Source of the DNA: Anaerolineae bacterium
GTDB lineage: Bacteria > Chloroflexota > Anaerolineae > Aggregatilineales > Aggregatilineaceae
Assembly: GCA_020848665.1 (NCBI GenBank)
Contig: JADLHR010000385.1
Location: 1-32,615, forward strand
DNA length: 32,615 nt
Direction: 5' to 3'
In this document: positions 1 through 8,141 of the stretch, piece after piece
Numbering within the stretch: position 1 is the first letter of the stretch
How the letters are laid out: each line of letters opens with the position of its first letter
Translations under genes and position numbers: made by a program
The notes under the pieces: generated by a model
What the model was told of the DNA's origin: nothing
Database searches by the model: none
Seen by the model: the letters and a program-made list of their open reading frames with translations, nothing else

Positions 1-414
1 CCCCCCCCTTCTTCTTCATCTTCATCTTCATCTTCAAACCCTTCGATCGACGTCGTCGTCGATTCCACTGCCATTGCGCGACGACCGCCGGTCGACGACG
101 ACGATTCGGGGGGAGGGAAAGATGCCCGGGCAGAGGGCATTTCGGACGTGCTGGCCGCTCTCGGCGTGGGGATCGCCGCCGCCGAGCCGAAGCTGCAGGG
201 CTGGGCCCACGACGGCATCACCGACCGGCAACTGCGCACCGCCGTCGACACGGCGAAGCGGATGCGCCAGCGCGAGGGATCCCGCCAGCGCATCAGCGCC
301 GCCTACCTCGACTCGATCCTGCGCAACCCGATCGACGGCGCCGATGACGCGCCCCGCGACTACGCCGGCATGGCGGCGCGCTTCAAGGCCGCGGAGGAAT
401 CCGATGCTCGGTGA
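1..414 (+). CDS. C-terminal fragment of a replication-module protein (initiator-like); the 5' end lies outside the window
   Basis: Frame 1 is open from nt 1 to TGA 412-414. It reads PPPSSSSSSSSSNPSIDVVVD...DDDDSGGG linker, then ...RQRISAAYLDSILRNP.... It overlaps the next gene by 11 nt. Function is inferred from position only. Confidence 0.5.
   Translation, partial: PPPSSSSSSSSSNPSIDVVVDSTAIARRPPVDDDDSGGGKDARAEGISDVLAALGVGIAAAEPKLQGWAHDGITDRQLRTAVDTAKRMRQREGSRQRISAAYLDSILRNPIDGADDAPRDYAGMAARFKAAEESDAR
9..36 (+). repeat. Short tandem repeat (TTC)3(ATCTTC)3 encoding a poly-Ser tract
   Basis: Read directly: ttcttcttcatcttcatcttcatcttca. In frame 1 it encodes nine consecutive Ser. It is locally AT-richer than the rest of the window. 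Confidence 0.8.
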
Positions 415-901
415 CGACCTCCAGGCGTTCGCGCGTCACGTCGACGTCACGTTCGAAGCGTTCGGTTCGCGGCGGTTGTCCGAGGGTGCCGTGGGCACCT
501 GGTTCAAGCAGCTTCAGGGCTTCGCGCTGCGCGATGTGTGCGCCGAGCTGGACGATTGCGTGCGCCGATTGACGCGTCCACCGGCGTGCGCGGACGTGTG
601 GAAGTCGCTGAACGAGCGCCGTTCCGAGCACATCGAGAAGATCGCCGAGGCCAGCAAAGCCGCCGAAAAGCGCGACGCCGACAACCTTTTCGCCGGCCGT
701 ACGCCGATCGGCGAGGAGGCGCTGGCCGAGCTGCGCAAGCTGTTGCAGAAGCAACCGATCGACCCGAAGGCCTGGGCGCATCGCATCATCGATCGCTACT
801 GCGATGGCGATTCCTCGATCAACCCGACGCAGCTCGCGATGGCCTGCCGCGCGCTGGGCTATTCCACTGAGGACCTGGCCGTCATCCGAGGGAACCGATG
901 A
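404..901 (+). CDS. Replication-module protein, possibly a lambda P-like helicase loader
   Basis: ATG 404 overlaps the upstream stop; ATGA coupling to rusA at 898-901. The segment WFKQLQGFALRDVCAELDDCVRRLTRPPACADVW resembles, from memory, the lambda P region around RPFLPSPGQF. The 74..901 track ORF upstream of 404 looks off-frame. Confidence 0.5.
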   Translation: MLGDDLQAFARHVDVTFEAFGSRRLSEGAVGTWFKQLQGFALRDVCAELDDCVRRLTRPPACADVWKSLNERRSEHIEKIAEASKAAEKRDADNLFAGRTPIGEEALAELRKLLQKQPIDPKAWAHRIIDRYCDGDSSINPTQLAMACRALGYSTEDLAVIRGNR

Positions 902-1419
902 CCGCGCCGACCTTCCTGGTGCTGCCTTATCCACCCTCCAGCAACAGGTACTGGCGGACGCGCGTGGTGACGCCCAAGGGCCGGCCGCCGTTCGTGTCGA
1001 CCTACGTGTCGGACGAGGCCGAGCACTTCAAGGGCGATGTCGCCCGCCGCATCCTGCTGGCCCGCATGCCGAAGGCCGAGGGCCCGATCGAGATCGCCTA
1101 CACGCTGTTTCCGCACCGGCCGCTGGATTGGGCGACTCGCGCCAAGCGCGACCCGAACGGCTGGCAGTACACGGTGCAGTGCATCGACCTCGACAACGCC
1201 ACGAAGGTGCTGGTGGACGCGCTCAAGGGCGTGCTGTTCGACGATGACCGCTGGATTCAGAAGATCACCGGCGTGCGAGCGATTCCCGACCAGCACCCGG
1301 CGCGCGTCGTCGTCGCGGTGCGCCCGTGGCGCCCGGAGCCGATCCAGCCCGGGCTGGACCTCGCCCTGCCAGAGATCCACCGGCAGCCCATCGACGACTA
1401 CGCGGACCTGCCGTTCTGA
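898..1419 (+). CDS. rusA: RusA-family Holliday junction resolvase (crossover junction endodeoxyribonuclease)
   Basis: 173 aa. PPSSNRYWR near the N-terminus and DLDNATKVLVDALKGVLFDDDRWI are the RusA hallmark motifs (catalytic Asp cluster). Confidence 0.9.
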   Translation: MTAPTFLVLPYPPSSNRYWRTRVVTPKGRPPFVSTYVSDEAEHFKGDVARRILLARMPKAEGPIEIAYTLFPHRPLDWATRAKRDPNGWQYTVQCIDLDNATKVLVDALKGVLFDDDRWIQKITGVRAIPDQHPARVVVAVRPWRPEPIQPGLDLALPEIHRQPIDDYADLPF

Positions 1420-1430
1420 GGAGAAGCACC

Positions 1431-1529
1431 GTGACGACGATCCTTTGCATCGTGCTGTACCTGGCCGGCATGGCGCTCGTGCTGGCGTTCTTCCGCGGTG
1501 CGCAGCTATCGAGTGGAGGCGACGAATGA
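1431..1529 (+). CDS. 32-aa hydrophobic micro-protein (single predicted TM)
   Basis: GTG start 7 nt after a strong RBS, GAGGAG (1418-1423). Sequence: VTTILCIVLYLAGMALVLAFFRGAQLSSGGDE. ATGA coupling to the next micro-ORF. Confidence 0.4.
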   Translation: MTTILCIVLYLAGMALVLAFFRGAQLSSGGDE

Positions 1530-1594
1530 GCATCAACGACGTAATCATCGTGGTCCTGATGCTGGTGATGATCGGCGCGGCACTCACGCGATGA
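1526..1594 (+). CDS. 22-aa hydrophobic micro-protein (single predicted TM)
   Basis: ATG 1526 is preceded by GGAGG (1515-1519) and overlaps the previous stop (ATGA). Sequence: MSINDVIIVVLMLVMIGAALTR. Confidence 0.4.
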   Translation: MSINDVIIVVLMLVMIGAALTR

Positions 1595-1601
1595 GCGGAT
1601 T

Positions 1602-2291
1602 TTGCACACCACTACAAGGCCAGCGCCTGTGAAACACGCCTTCGTCCGCCCGCTGCGCGATTGGATCGCGGTCCGCCCCGAGGTCTCGCTGTCGTCGGTG
1701 ATCCACCTGCCGGCGGCGAACCGGCAGCGCGCGAGCCACGCGCAGATCGCGCACACCGGCACGGTGCTGGCCTGCGGGCCCGGTGACTATCCCGTCATCG
1801 ACAAGGTGCGCGGCCGCCGATCGAAGGTGTTCGAGCCGATGCAGGTCAAGCCCGGCGATCGCGTGCGCTTCGGCGAATGGTTGTATCCGCAGGTCGACTC
1901 TCATGGCGGCCCGGTGTGGCTGATCCAGCAGGGTGACGTGATCGGCGTGATCAGCGACCAGCGTCAGTGGATGATCAGCGTGCGGGTGATCTGCCACGAA
2001 CTGCTGCGGCTGCTACCGGACGTCCAAGGGCTGCTCGTCTCGCAGCGAATGATCAGCTCCGATGTGGCGGAGCTGGCAGCCCGGCATCCCAATGCCGACG
2101 TCGCGCCGGTGTCTTCCGCATGGGCCAGGGTTCGCAGCGATGGTCGCACGCAGGCCGTTCCTCCGAGCCTCGACGTCAGGTGGCGCATACCGGTGGCCGA
2201 CCTATATCGCAGCCTCGACGACCTTTCTGAAGCGCACCTGATCCCCTTCGCGCAAATGATCCACGCCTACGTGACCGGAGCCATCAAGTGA
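1602..2291 (+). CDS. GroES/Cpn10-like co-chaperonin domain fused to a ~105-aa C-terminal extension of unknown function
   Basis: FVRPLRDWIAVRP...GTVLACGPG...VKPGDRVRFGEW...WLIQQGDVIGVIS parallels E. coli GroES IRPLHDRVIVKR...GEVLAVGNG...VKVGDIVIF...LIMSESDILAIV. The start is uncertain (TTG 1602 or GTG 1629). Confidence 0.6.
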   Translation: MHTTTRPAPVKHAFVRPLRDWIAVRPEVSLSSVIHLPAANRQRASHAQIAHTGTVLACGPGDYPVIDKVRGRRSKVFEPMQVKPGDRVRFGEWLYPQVDSHGGPVWLIQQGDVIGVISDQRQWMISVRVICHELLRLLPDVQGLLVSQRMISSDVAELAARHPNADVAPVSSAWARVRSDGRTQAVPPSLDVRWRIPVADLYRSLDDLSEAHLIPFAQMIHAYVTGAIK

Positions 2292-2548
2292 GCGACGCAA
2301 AGCTGACGCAGGCGCAACTGATCGACCTGGTTGCCAAGGGCATTCAGGCCGAGCTGCAGGCCGAGATCGAGAAGCGGTTGCGGGAGATCATCGACCCCAT
2401 CGTCGTGCAGGCGTCGATCGCCGCCGCGCGGTCTGTGGCGGGCCAGGTGCAGACGTTCGATCGTGTCTCCACGCTCGAAACGGTGCTGCTCGTGAACTTC
2501 AACGGCCGGCCTGTGTACGAAGCGCCTGTGGGCGCGAAGGATGCATGA
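2288..2548 (+). CDS. Hypothetical phage protein (86 aa)
   Basis: GTG start in a GTGA overlap with the upstream stop. High third-position GC. Helical N-terminus. Confidence 0.55.
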   Translation: MSDAKLTQAQLIDLVAKGIQAELQAEIEKRLREIIDPIVVQASIAAARSVAGQVQTFDRVSTLETVLLVNFNGRPVYEAPVGAKDA

Positions 2549-3022
2549 ATGACTGATTCCACGTTCGCCCCCACGCTCACGCCCGAGCAGATGGCACTCC
2601 CCGACGACGAGCTGCGTCGCCAGGGCCTGCCGGTGCCGACGGCGCGGCAGCGCGAGGAGTTCGCGCATCGGCGCCGGCGCGCCGCCCAGCAGCAGGCCGA
2701 GCTCGCGCAGGACGCCCAGCGGCCGAGCTCGCGCTGGGTAGATCCGACGCCGCAGCCGCACGTGCTGCCAACGTGGGCGCAGCGGCAGCTCGATGCACAG
2801 CAGACGGCCGCGACACCGGAGCCGCGGATCTCGAAGGTCATCATCTGGCAGAACCCCGCCGAGAACTACCCCGCGAAGCCGGATAGCGGGGAGGAAGGGC
2901 GACCGGCGGGGGCCGTGCAGGAATCCCCCGGCCGCGAAGGGCTGACAGCACAGCAGGTGCTGGCATGCAAGACGCTACCTCCCTCATCAACCCTGCAACG
3001 CCGGCGACCCAAAGGAGCGTGA
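2549..3022 (+). CDS. Hypothetical phage protein (157 aa, Pro/Gln/Arg-rich, probably largely disordered)
   Basis: ATG immediately follows the upstream stop. High GC3 over most of its length. Confidence 0.5.
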   Translation: MTDSTFAPTLTPEQMALPDDELRRQGLPVPTARQREEFAHRRRRAAQQQAELAQDAQRPSSRWVDPTPQPHVLPTWAQRQLDAQQTAATPEPRISKVIIWQNPAENYPAKPDSGEEGRPAGAVQESPGREGLTAQQVLACKTLPPSSTLQRRRPKGA

Positions 3023-3024
3023 CC

Positions 3025-3354
3025 ATGCAGGAGATCTACCTCGACACCGTGGACCTGCCGAAGATCGAGCTCGAGCAGATCGCCACCATCGTCTACGACG
3101 GTACCGAGGACGATCGGCAAAAGGCCATCGTCGGTGCCGTCACCAGGATGGCCGCCGAGCAGTCGGACCAACCGCAGCTCGCCGTGACAGTGCGCGTGAT
3201 GCGCTGCGCCTGCGCCAACCAGGATTGCGGGTCCGGCATGCTGTTCTGCGAGATGGGCCGGCCCCGTGAGCCTGCGACGTGGTTCGGCATGTTCCGCCTG
3301 GTCGCCGCCACCAGTCGCCACGACGACCGTCCGCCGCCGAGCCTACCGCACTGA
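3025..3354 (+). CDS. Hypothetical phage protein (109 aa) with a Cys cluster, CACANQDCGSGMLFC
   Basis: ATG 3025 is preceded by AAAGGAG (3011-3017). The track ORF begins at 2965, which remains an alternative start. Confidence 0.5.
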   Translation: MQEIYLDTVDLPKIELEQIATIVYDGTEDDRQKAIVGAVTRMAAEQSDQPQLAVTVRVMRCACANQDCGSGMLFCEMGRPREPATWFGMFRLVAATSRHDDRPPPSLPH

Positions 3355-3357
3355 CCC

Positions 3358-3831
3358 ATGCCGCGCGCGAAGATCCCGTTCACGCCGGCGCACCTCGAGC
3401 TGGCCCGCAAGGTCGCCAAGCTCGGGGCGATCGATGCCGAGATCGCCGATTGCCTGGGCGTGAGCCTGCGCACGTACTGGCACTGGCGCGCCGAGCACCC
3501 GGAGCTCGCGCGCGCCGTGAAGCTTGGGAAGGCTGAGCCCGATGCGCGGGTCGAGCGGTCGCTCTACCAGCGCGCGGTGGGCTACGTCGCGCCCGAGACG
3601 GTGATCCACCAGATGCCGGATCGGGTCGGCAAGAACGGTCGGGTGATCAAGGGTCGCACCGTGCAGACCGAGGTGCTGCGGCAGTACCCGCCCGACTCGG
3701 TTGCCTGCATGTTCTGGCTGAAGAACCGGAAGCGCGGTGAGTGGTACGACATCAAGGCGGTGGAGCTCGGCAACCTCGGGGGCAACAGCTTCCGCGTGTC
3801 GCTGCTGCCGGAAGATGGGCAGGTGCTGTGA
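3358..3831 (+). CDS. terS: Terminase small subunit (HTH type)
   Basis: N-terminal HTH (IADCLGVSLRTYWHWRAEHPEL), then ERSLYQRAVGY and PPDSVACMFWLKNRKRGEWYD, a pattern typical of phage TerS. Lies directly upstream of, and GTGA-coupled to, terL. Confidence 0.8.
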   Translation: MPRAKIPFTPAHLELARKVAKLGAIDAEIADCLGVSLRTYWHWRAEHPELARAVKLGKAEPDARVERSLYQRAVGYVAPETVIHQMPDRVGKNGRVIKGRTVQTEVLRQYPPDSVACMFWLKNRKRGEWYDIKAVELGNLGGNSFRVSLLPEDGQVL

Positions 3832-5198
3832 GCGCAGTCGCCGATCCGACCGTCCATCGCACCTTCACGCTGACCGCCAAGCAGCGCGAGGCGATGGCGC
3901 TGATCGGCAGCGGCCCGCAGCACATCCTACTCGAGGGCGGCAGCCGCAGCGGCAAGACGTTCCTCATCGTGCGGGCGATCGTGGTGCGTGCGCTGGCTGC
4001 CCCCAACAGCCGCCATCTGATCGCAAGGTTCAGGTTCATCCATGCCAAGGCGTCGATCATCGGTGACACCTTCCCCAAGGTGATGCAGCTATGCTTTCCG
4101 GGCGTCGGCTACGAGCTGGATAAGCGTGACTGGTTCTACATGCTCCCCAATGGCGCGCAGATCTGGATCGCCGGCCTCGACGACAAGGAGCGCACCGAGA
4201 AGATCCTCGGGATGGAGTTCGTCACGGTGTACTTGAACGAAGCGAGCCAGATCCCGAAAGGTAGCCGCGACATCACTGTCACGCGCCTGGCGCAGGTGGC
4301 TCTGGTCGACATCGAGCGATTGCCGACGAAGCCGCTTCGCCACCTGATGCTGTACGACTGCAATCCGCCGAGCAAAGGCCACTGGACCTTCCTGGTGTTT
4401 CACCGAAAGCTCGACCCCGAGACGCGCGCGCCGCTGCCCGACCCCGGCAACTACGCCTACCTGCAGATCAACCCCGGCGACAACCAGATCAACCTGCCGG
4501 CCGGCTACATCGGCACACTGCAAGGCCTGTCGCCCCGGCTGCAGCGCCGGTTCCTGCTCGGCGAGTACGCCGACGAGAACCCGAACGCGTTGTTCTCCGA
4601 AGCCGACATCGACAAATGGCGCCACGAAGGCGAGCTGCCGCAGATGGTGCGGGTCGTGGTGGCGATCGACCCGTCGGGCTCGGGCGATGAGGACAACGCC
4701 GACAACGACGAGATCGGCATCATCGTCGCGGGCCTGGGGATCGACGGCAACGCCTACGTGCTCGAGGACCTGTCGTGCAAGGCCGGCCCGAAGGTGTGGG
4801 GCAACCTGGTCGGCGTCGCGTATGACCGGCACGAGGCCGATGCCGTGATCGGCGAGATCAACTTCGGCGGCGACATGGTCCGATTCGTCGTGCAGGCCGC
4901 GCGTCCGCGGACACCCTTCATCAAGGTGACTGCGAGCCGCGGCAAGGCGGTGCGCGCCGAGCCGTTCGCCCCACTGTATGACCAGGGCAAGGTGCGCCAC
5001 GTCGGTGTGCTGTCGAAGCTGGAAGACGAGCTGACCGCCTTCAGCACCTTCGGCTACACCGGCGAAGGCAGCCCGAACCGCGCCGACGCGCTGATCTGGG
5101 CGCTTGCGGCGCTGTTCCCCGGGATCATCGCCGGCCCGCGCAAGGCGCAGAAGAAGGTCGCCGATGCTGGTGGCCAACCCCTTGGATGGATGAGCTGA
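3828..5198 (+). CDS. terL: Terminase large subunit
   Basis: Walker A GGSRSGKTF, Walker B-like VTVYLNEASQ, and nuclease-domain acidic motifs VVVAIDPSGSG, IGEINFGGDM and SPNRADALIWA. GTG 3828 overlaps the terS stop. The track's upstream extension from 3741 overlaps terS and is unlikely. Confidence 0.92.
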   Translation: MSAVADPTVHRTFTLTAKQREAMALIGSGPQHILLEGGSRSGKTFLIVRAIVVRALAAPNSRHLIARFRFIHAKASIIGDTFPKVMQLCFPGVGYELDKRDWFYMLPNGAQIWIAGLDDKERTEKILGMEFVTVYLNEASQIPKGSRDITVTRLAQVALVDIERLPTKPLRHLMLYDCNPPSKGHWTFLVFHRKLDPETRAPLPDPGNYAYLQINPGDNQINLPAGYIGTLQGLSPRLQRRFLLGEYADENPNALFSEADIDKWRHEGELPQMVRVVVAIDPSGSGDEDNADNDEIGIIVAGLGIDGNAYVLEDLSCKAGPKVWGNLVGVAYDRHEADAVIGEINFGGDMVRFVVQAARPRTPFIKVTASRGKAVRAEPFAPLYDQGKVRHVGVLSKLEDELTAFSTFGYTGEGSPNRADALIWALAALFPGIIAGPRKAQKKVADAGGQPLGWMS

Positions 5199-5200
5199 CG

Positions 5201-5434
5201 ATGAGCAACCCGAGCCCCGCGCTGCCTGCAACCCCAGCCGGCCTCGCCTCTGAGCTCTTCCTGCTGCGCGAGTTCTGGAATGCCTGGAACGAGTTCCACG
5301 GTCTGGCCGCGCAGCGTGACGCCGGTCACCGGCCGAAGCATCCGCGCGCGGTGCTCGAGAGCGCGGCCCAGCGGATGACCGATCGCGCGCGCGACCTGCG
5401 CAACTTCTACGACCCGACCACCTCGAGGACCTGA
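5201..5434 (+). CDS. Hypothetical protein (77 aa) between terL and portal
   Basis: ATG 5201 lies 2 nt after the terL stop and the ORF ends 2 nt before the portal ATG. Confidence 0.45.
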   Translation: MSNPSPALPATPAGLASELFLLREFWNAWNEFHGLAAQRDAGHRPKHPRAVLESAAQRMTDRARDLRNFYDPTTSRT

Positions 5435-5436
5435 AC

Positions 5437-7569
5437 ATGGCTTCCGAAATGCAGCAGTTGCCCAGCGGCGATCCCCGCATCGTCGCCGCGAGGTCGTTCC
5501 TGCGGTCGCAGTCCGACATCGAGTCGGCCAACCGCATCATGGCGAAGGACGATCTGGCGTTCAGCTACGGCGACCAGTGGCCGGAGTACGTGCAGTCCCA
5601 GCGCACCATCGAGAACCGGCCGATGATCACCAACAACCGGCTGGGTGCCTACATCCGCCGGGTCTGCAACAACCAGCGCCAGCAGCGGCCGCGCATCCGG
5701 GCCAACGCTGCCGACGGGCGCGCGAGCCGAGCCACTGCCCGCGTGATCAGCGGCATGCTGCGCAACATCCAGTCGCACAGCCAGGCGGATACCGCGTTCG
5801 ACACCGCCTACGAGTCGGCCATCCGGGCCGGATGGGGCTACTGGCGCGTCATCACCCGGTACTGCCGCGACAACTCGTTCGATCAGGAGGTCGCGATCGA
5901 GCCGATCGACAACCCGTTCAGCGTCTACATGGACGGGTTCGCGATGGACGGATCGGACGCGGAGAACGCGCTCATCACCGACCTGATGCCGAAGTCGAAG
6001 TTCCGCCAGCTCTACCCGGACGCCGATGACGGCGCCAACTGGCCGATGGTCGGCAACGGCGACGACATCGGCAACTGGATCGAGCGCGAGTACCTCCGGG
6101 TCGCCGAGCACTTCTACACGGCGCGCACGCCGGACACCCTGATCGGCCTGTCGACCGGCGACACGATGTTCGCCAGCGAAGTGACCGAGCAAGTCACGGC
6201 GCTGTGGGACATGTCGCGTATCGAGGTCGTGCGCGAACGGCCGGTGCAGCGCAAGCGCATCAAGTGGGTGAAGCTCACCGCCCTGGAGGTGTTGGAAGAG
6301 CGCGACTGGCCAGGCCGCTGGATTCCGATCGTGCCGGTCTATGGTTCGATCGAGATCCGCGACGGCTATCGGTACCGCTTCGGCCTCACGCGCGATGCGA
6401 AGGATCCACAGCGCATGGCCAACTTCTGGAGCACGGCCGCGACCGAGTGGATCGGGGCCGCGCCGAAGTCCAAGTGGTTGAAGGCCGAGGGGCAGGACGA
6501 GGGCTACGAGCAGGAATGGCGCACCGCGAACGTCGATGCGCGCGCCAGCCTCACCTATAAGCCCGTCACCGACCAGAACGGTCAGACGCTGCCGCCCCCC
6601 CAGCGCATCCAACCGGAGCCGCCGCCCGAGGGCATCGTCACGATGCTACAGACCGCGAACAGCGACCTGTCGGCGGTGCTGGGCATCGTGGATCCGGCCA
6701 TGCGCATCGGCGGCAACGTCAGCGGCAAGGCGCTGAACGCCGAGCGTCTTCAGTCCGACGAGGGTACCTTCAACTTCACCGACAACCTCACGCGCTCGAT
6801 GCACCACACCGGCTGCATCATCATCGACATGATCCGCTGGATTTACACCGGCGAGCGGGTCATGCGGATCATCGGCGAGGACAGTCGCGATTCGCTGGTC
6901 ACGGTCAACCAGACGGTGGGCGACAAGGTGATCAACGACCTGACGATCGGCGAATACGCGGTCGAGGTCGACGCCGGCCCGGGCTACGAATCGCGCCGCC
7001 AGCAGAGCTCGGAGACGCTGGTCGGGCTCATGGACACGCCGCTGGGCATCCAGATCGCCGAGAAGGCGCCCGACGTCGTGGTGCGCGACATGGATCTCGT
7101 CAGTGCGGATGCGATCGCCGACCGCCTGGCCGCCGCCAACCCGCTCGCGCAGCAGGACGAGCTGCCGGCCGACTTCCCGGACGAGGCCCGCGCGATGATC
7201 CAGGGCCTGCGCAACGCCATGGCCGGCCTGCAGCAGCAGCTCGAGCAGGCGAACATGGTCATCAAGAGCCGCGCCGACGTCGAGGGCATGAAGGCCGCAG
7301 CGGCCACCCACCGCGAGCAGATCAAGGCCGAGACCGAGCGGCACTCCGACACGATGTGGGCGCAGGAAGAGCGCGACCAGTTCGAATCGGTCGAGCGCAC
7401 GCGGTTGCGCGAGGCCGAGCTGCGCCGGTCGACCTCGCTCGATGTCGCCGAGCTGAACGCGGTGGCCAGGCTGGTCGCCGAGATGATTCGCGAGCGTGGT
7501 GCCAGCGCCGACCGTGAGGTCGAACTGCGCAGGCTCGACCAGGTCGTCGAAACGGCGAGCGACGACTGA
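5437..7569 (+). CDS. Portal protein, P22 gp1-like
   Basis: 710 aa, immediately after terL. N-terminal AKDDLAFSYGDQWP...RPMITNNRL pattern. Long charged helical C-terminus (QQQLEQANMVIKSR...ETERHSDTMW...) like the P22 portal barrel. Confidence 0.88.
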   Translation: MASEMQQLPSGDPRIVAARSFLRSQSDIESANRIMAKDDLAFSYGDQWPEYVQSQRTIENRPMITNNRLGAYIRRVCNNQRQQRPRIRANAADGRASRATARVISGMLRNIQSHSQADTAFDTAYESAIRAGWGYWRVITRYCRDNSFDQEVAIEPIDNPFSVYMDGFAMDGSDAENALITDLMPKSKFRQLYPDADDGANWPMVGNGDDIGNWIEREYLRVAEHFYTARTPDTLIGLSTGDTMFASEVTEQVTALWDMSRIEVVRERPVQRKRIKWVKLTALEVLEERDWPGRWIPIVPVYGSIEIRDGYRYRFGLTRDAKDPQRMANFWSTAATEWIGAAPKSKWLKAEGQDEGYEQEWRTANVDARASLTYKPVTDQNGQTLPPPQRIQPEPPPEGIVTMLQTANSDLSAVLGIVDPAMRIGGNVSGKALNAERLQSDEGTFNFTDNLTRSMHHTGCIIIDMIRWIYTGERVMRIIGEDSRDSLVTVNQTVGDKVINDLTIGEYAVEVDAGPGYESRRQQSSETLVGLMDTPLGIQIAEKAPDVVVRDMDLVSADAIADRLAAANPLAQQDELPADFPDEARAMIQGLRNAMAGLQQQLEQANMVIKSRADVEGMKAAAATHREQIKAETERHSDTMWAQEERDQFESVERTRLREAELRRSTSLDVAELNAVARLVAEMIRERGASADREVELRRLDQVVETASDD

Positions 7570-7571
7570 CC

Positions 7572-7877
7572 ATGGAACCGCTCATCCCCATCGATCCGCC
7601 GCCCTCGCGGCCGATCATGATCGGCGGCGTGATCATGTTCAGCAACGCTGCCCACGCCGAAATGATGTTCACCGACCTCGGCTTCGAGCTTGTCGAGCAG
7701 ACGGAGACGACGCTGCGGATGGTCCGCGACGGACGATGCTTCGAGGCCTACGCCGAGCGCACCCTGGGCAACCAGTGGCGCGGATATGTCGCCCAACTAC
7801 CCGAGCCTGTCACCACCCCCGCCACATTCACCCAGGAGCCTGACCATGGCCAAGAGCCCGAAGAAGCCGACGAGTGA
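7572..7877 (+). CDS. Hypothetical protein (101 aa)
   Basis: ATG lies 2 nt after the portal stop. Acidic C-terminus. Overlaps the next ORF by 32 nt. Confidence 0.45.
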   Translation: MEPLIPIDPPPSRPIMIGGVIMFSNAAHAEMMFTDLGFELVEQTETTLRMVRDGRCFEAYAERTLGNQWRGYVAQLPEPVTTPATFTQEPDHGQEPEEADE

Positions 7878-8139
7878 CGATGCCGATCTGGCGCCCGCCA
7901 AGGCGGCCGACTTTGTCGTGACCGATGAAACAACGGACGAGCCGGACGGCCTGAATCCGGCGCCCACCGAAGACGAGATCGCCGCGCATCAAGCCGCGAT
8001 GAACGACGCGCTGAACGCCGCGATCCACGGTGTGATCGCCTACGCCCGCGGCCTGCCGCCGGCCAAGCCGCTCGAGGTCGGCGATCTCGACGCCATGCGT
8101 GCCGCGGCGCGCACCCATCTCCATCCCTTCCTGGGCTGA
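7846..8139 (+). CDS. Hypothetical protein (97 aa)
   Basis: ATG 7846 is preceded by CAGGAG. High GC3. The track ORF start at 7690 would overlap most of the upstream gene. Confidence 0.5.
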   Translation: MAKSPKKPTSDDADLAPAKAADFVVTDETTDEPDGLNPAPTEDEIAAHQAAMNDALNAAIHGVIAYARGLPPAKPLEVGDLDAMRAAARTHLHPFLG

Positions 8140-8141
8140 TC

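Noticed and set aside
74-901. A single 275-aa ORF as given in the track
   Set aside because: Its first ~110 residues (Arg/Pro/Ser/Thr-rich) are the off-frame shadow of the frame-1 gene that runs from nt 1 to 414. The credible gene starts at ATG 404.
3025-3354. The Cys cluster CACANQDCGSGMLFC as a zinc-finger regulator (for example a late activator)
   Set aside because: It has only four closely spaced Cys, with no recognisable zinc-finger spacing or adjacent DNA-binding motif. The evidence is insufficient from sequence alone.
4089-5540. A long antisense ORF (483 aa) opposite terL
   Set aside because: This is a typical high-GC antisense artefact. Its composition is Arg/Ala/Gly/His-rich, it has no RBS logic, and it overlaps a gene with unmistakable terminase motifs.
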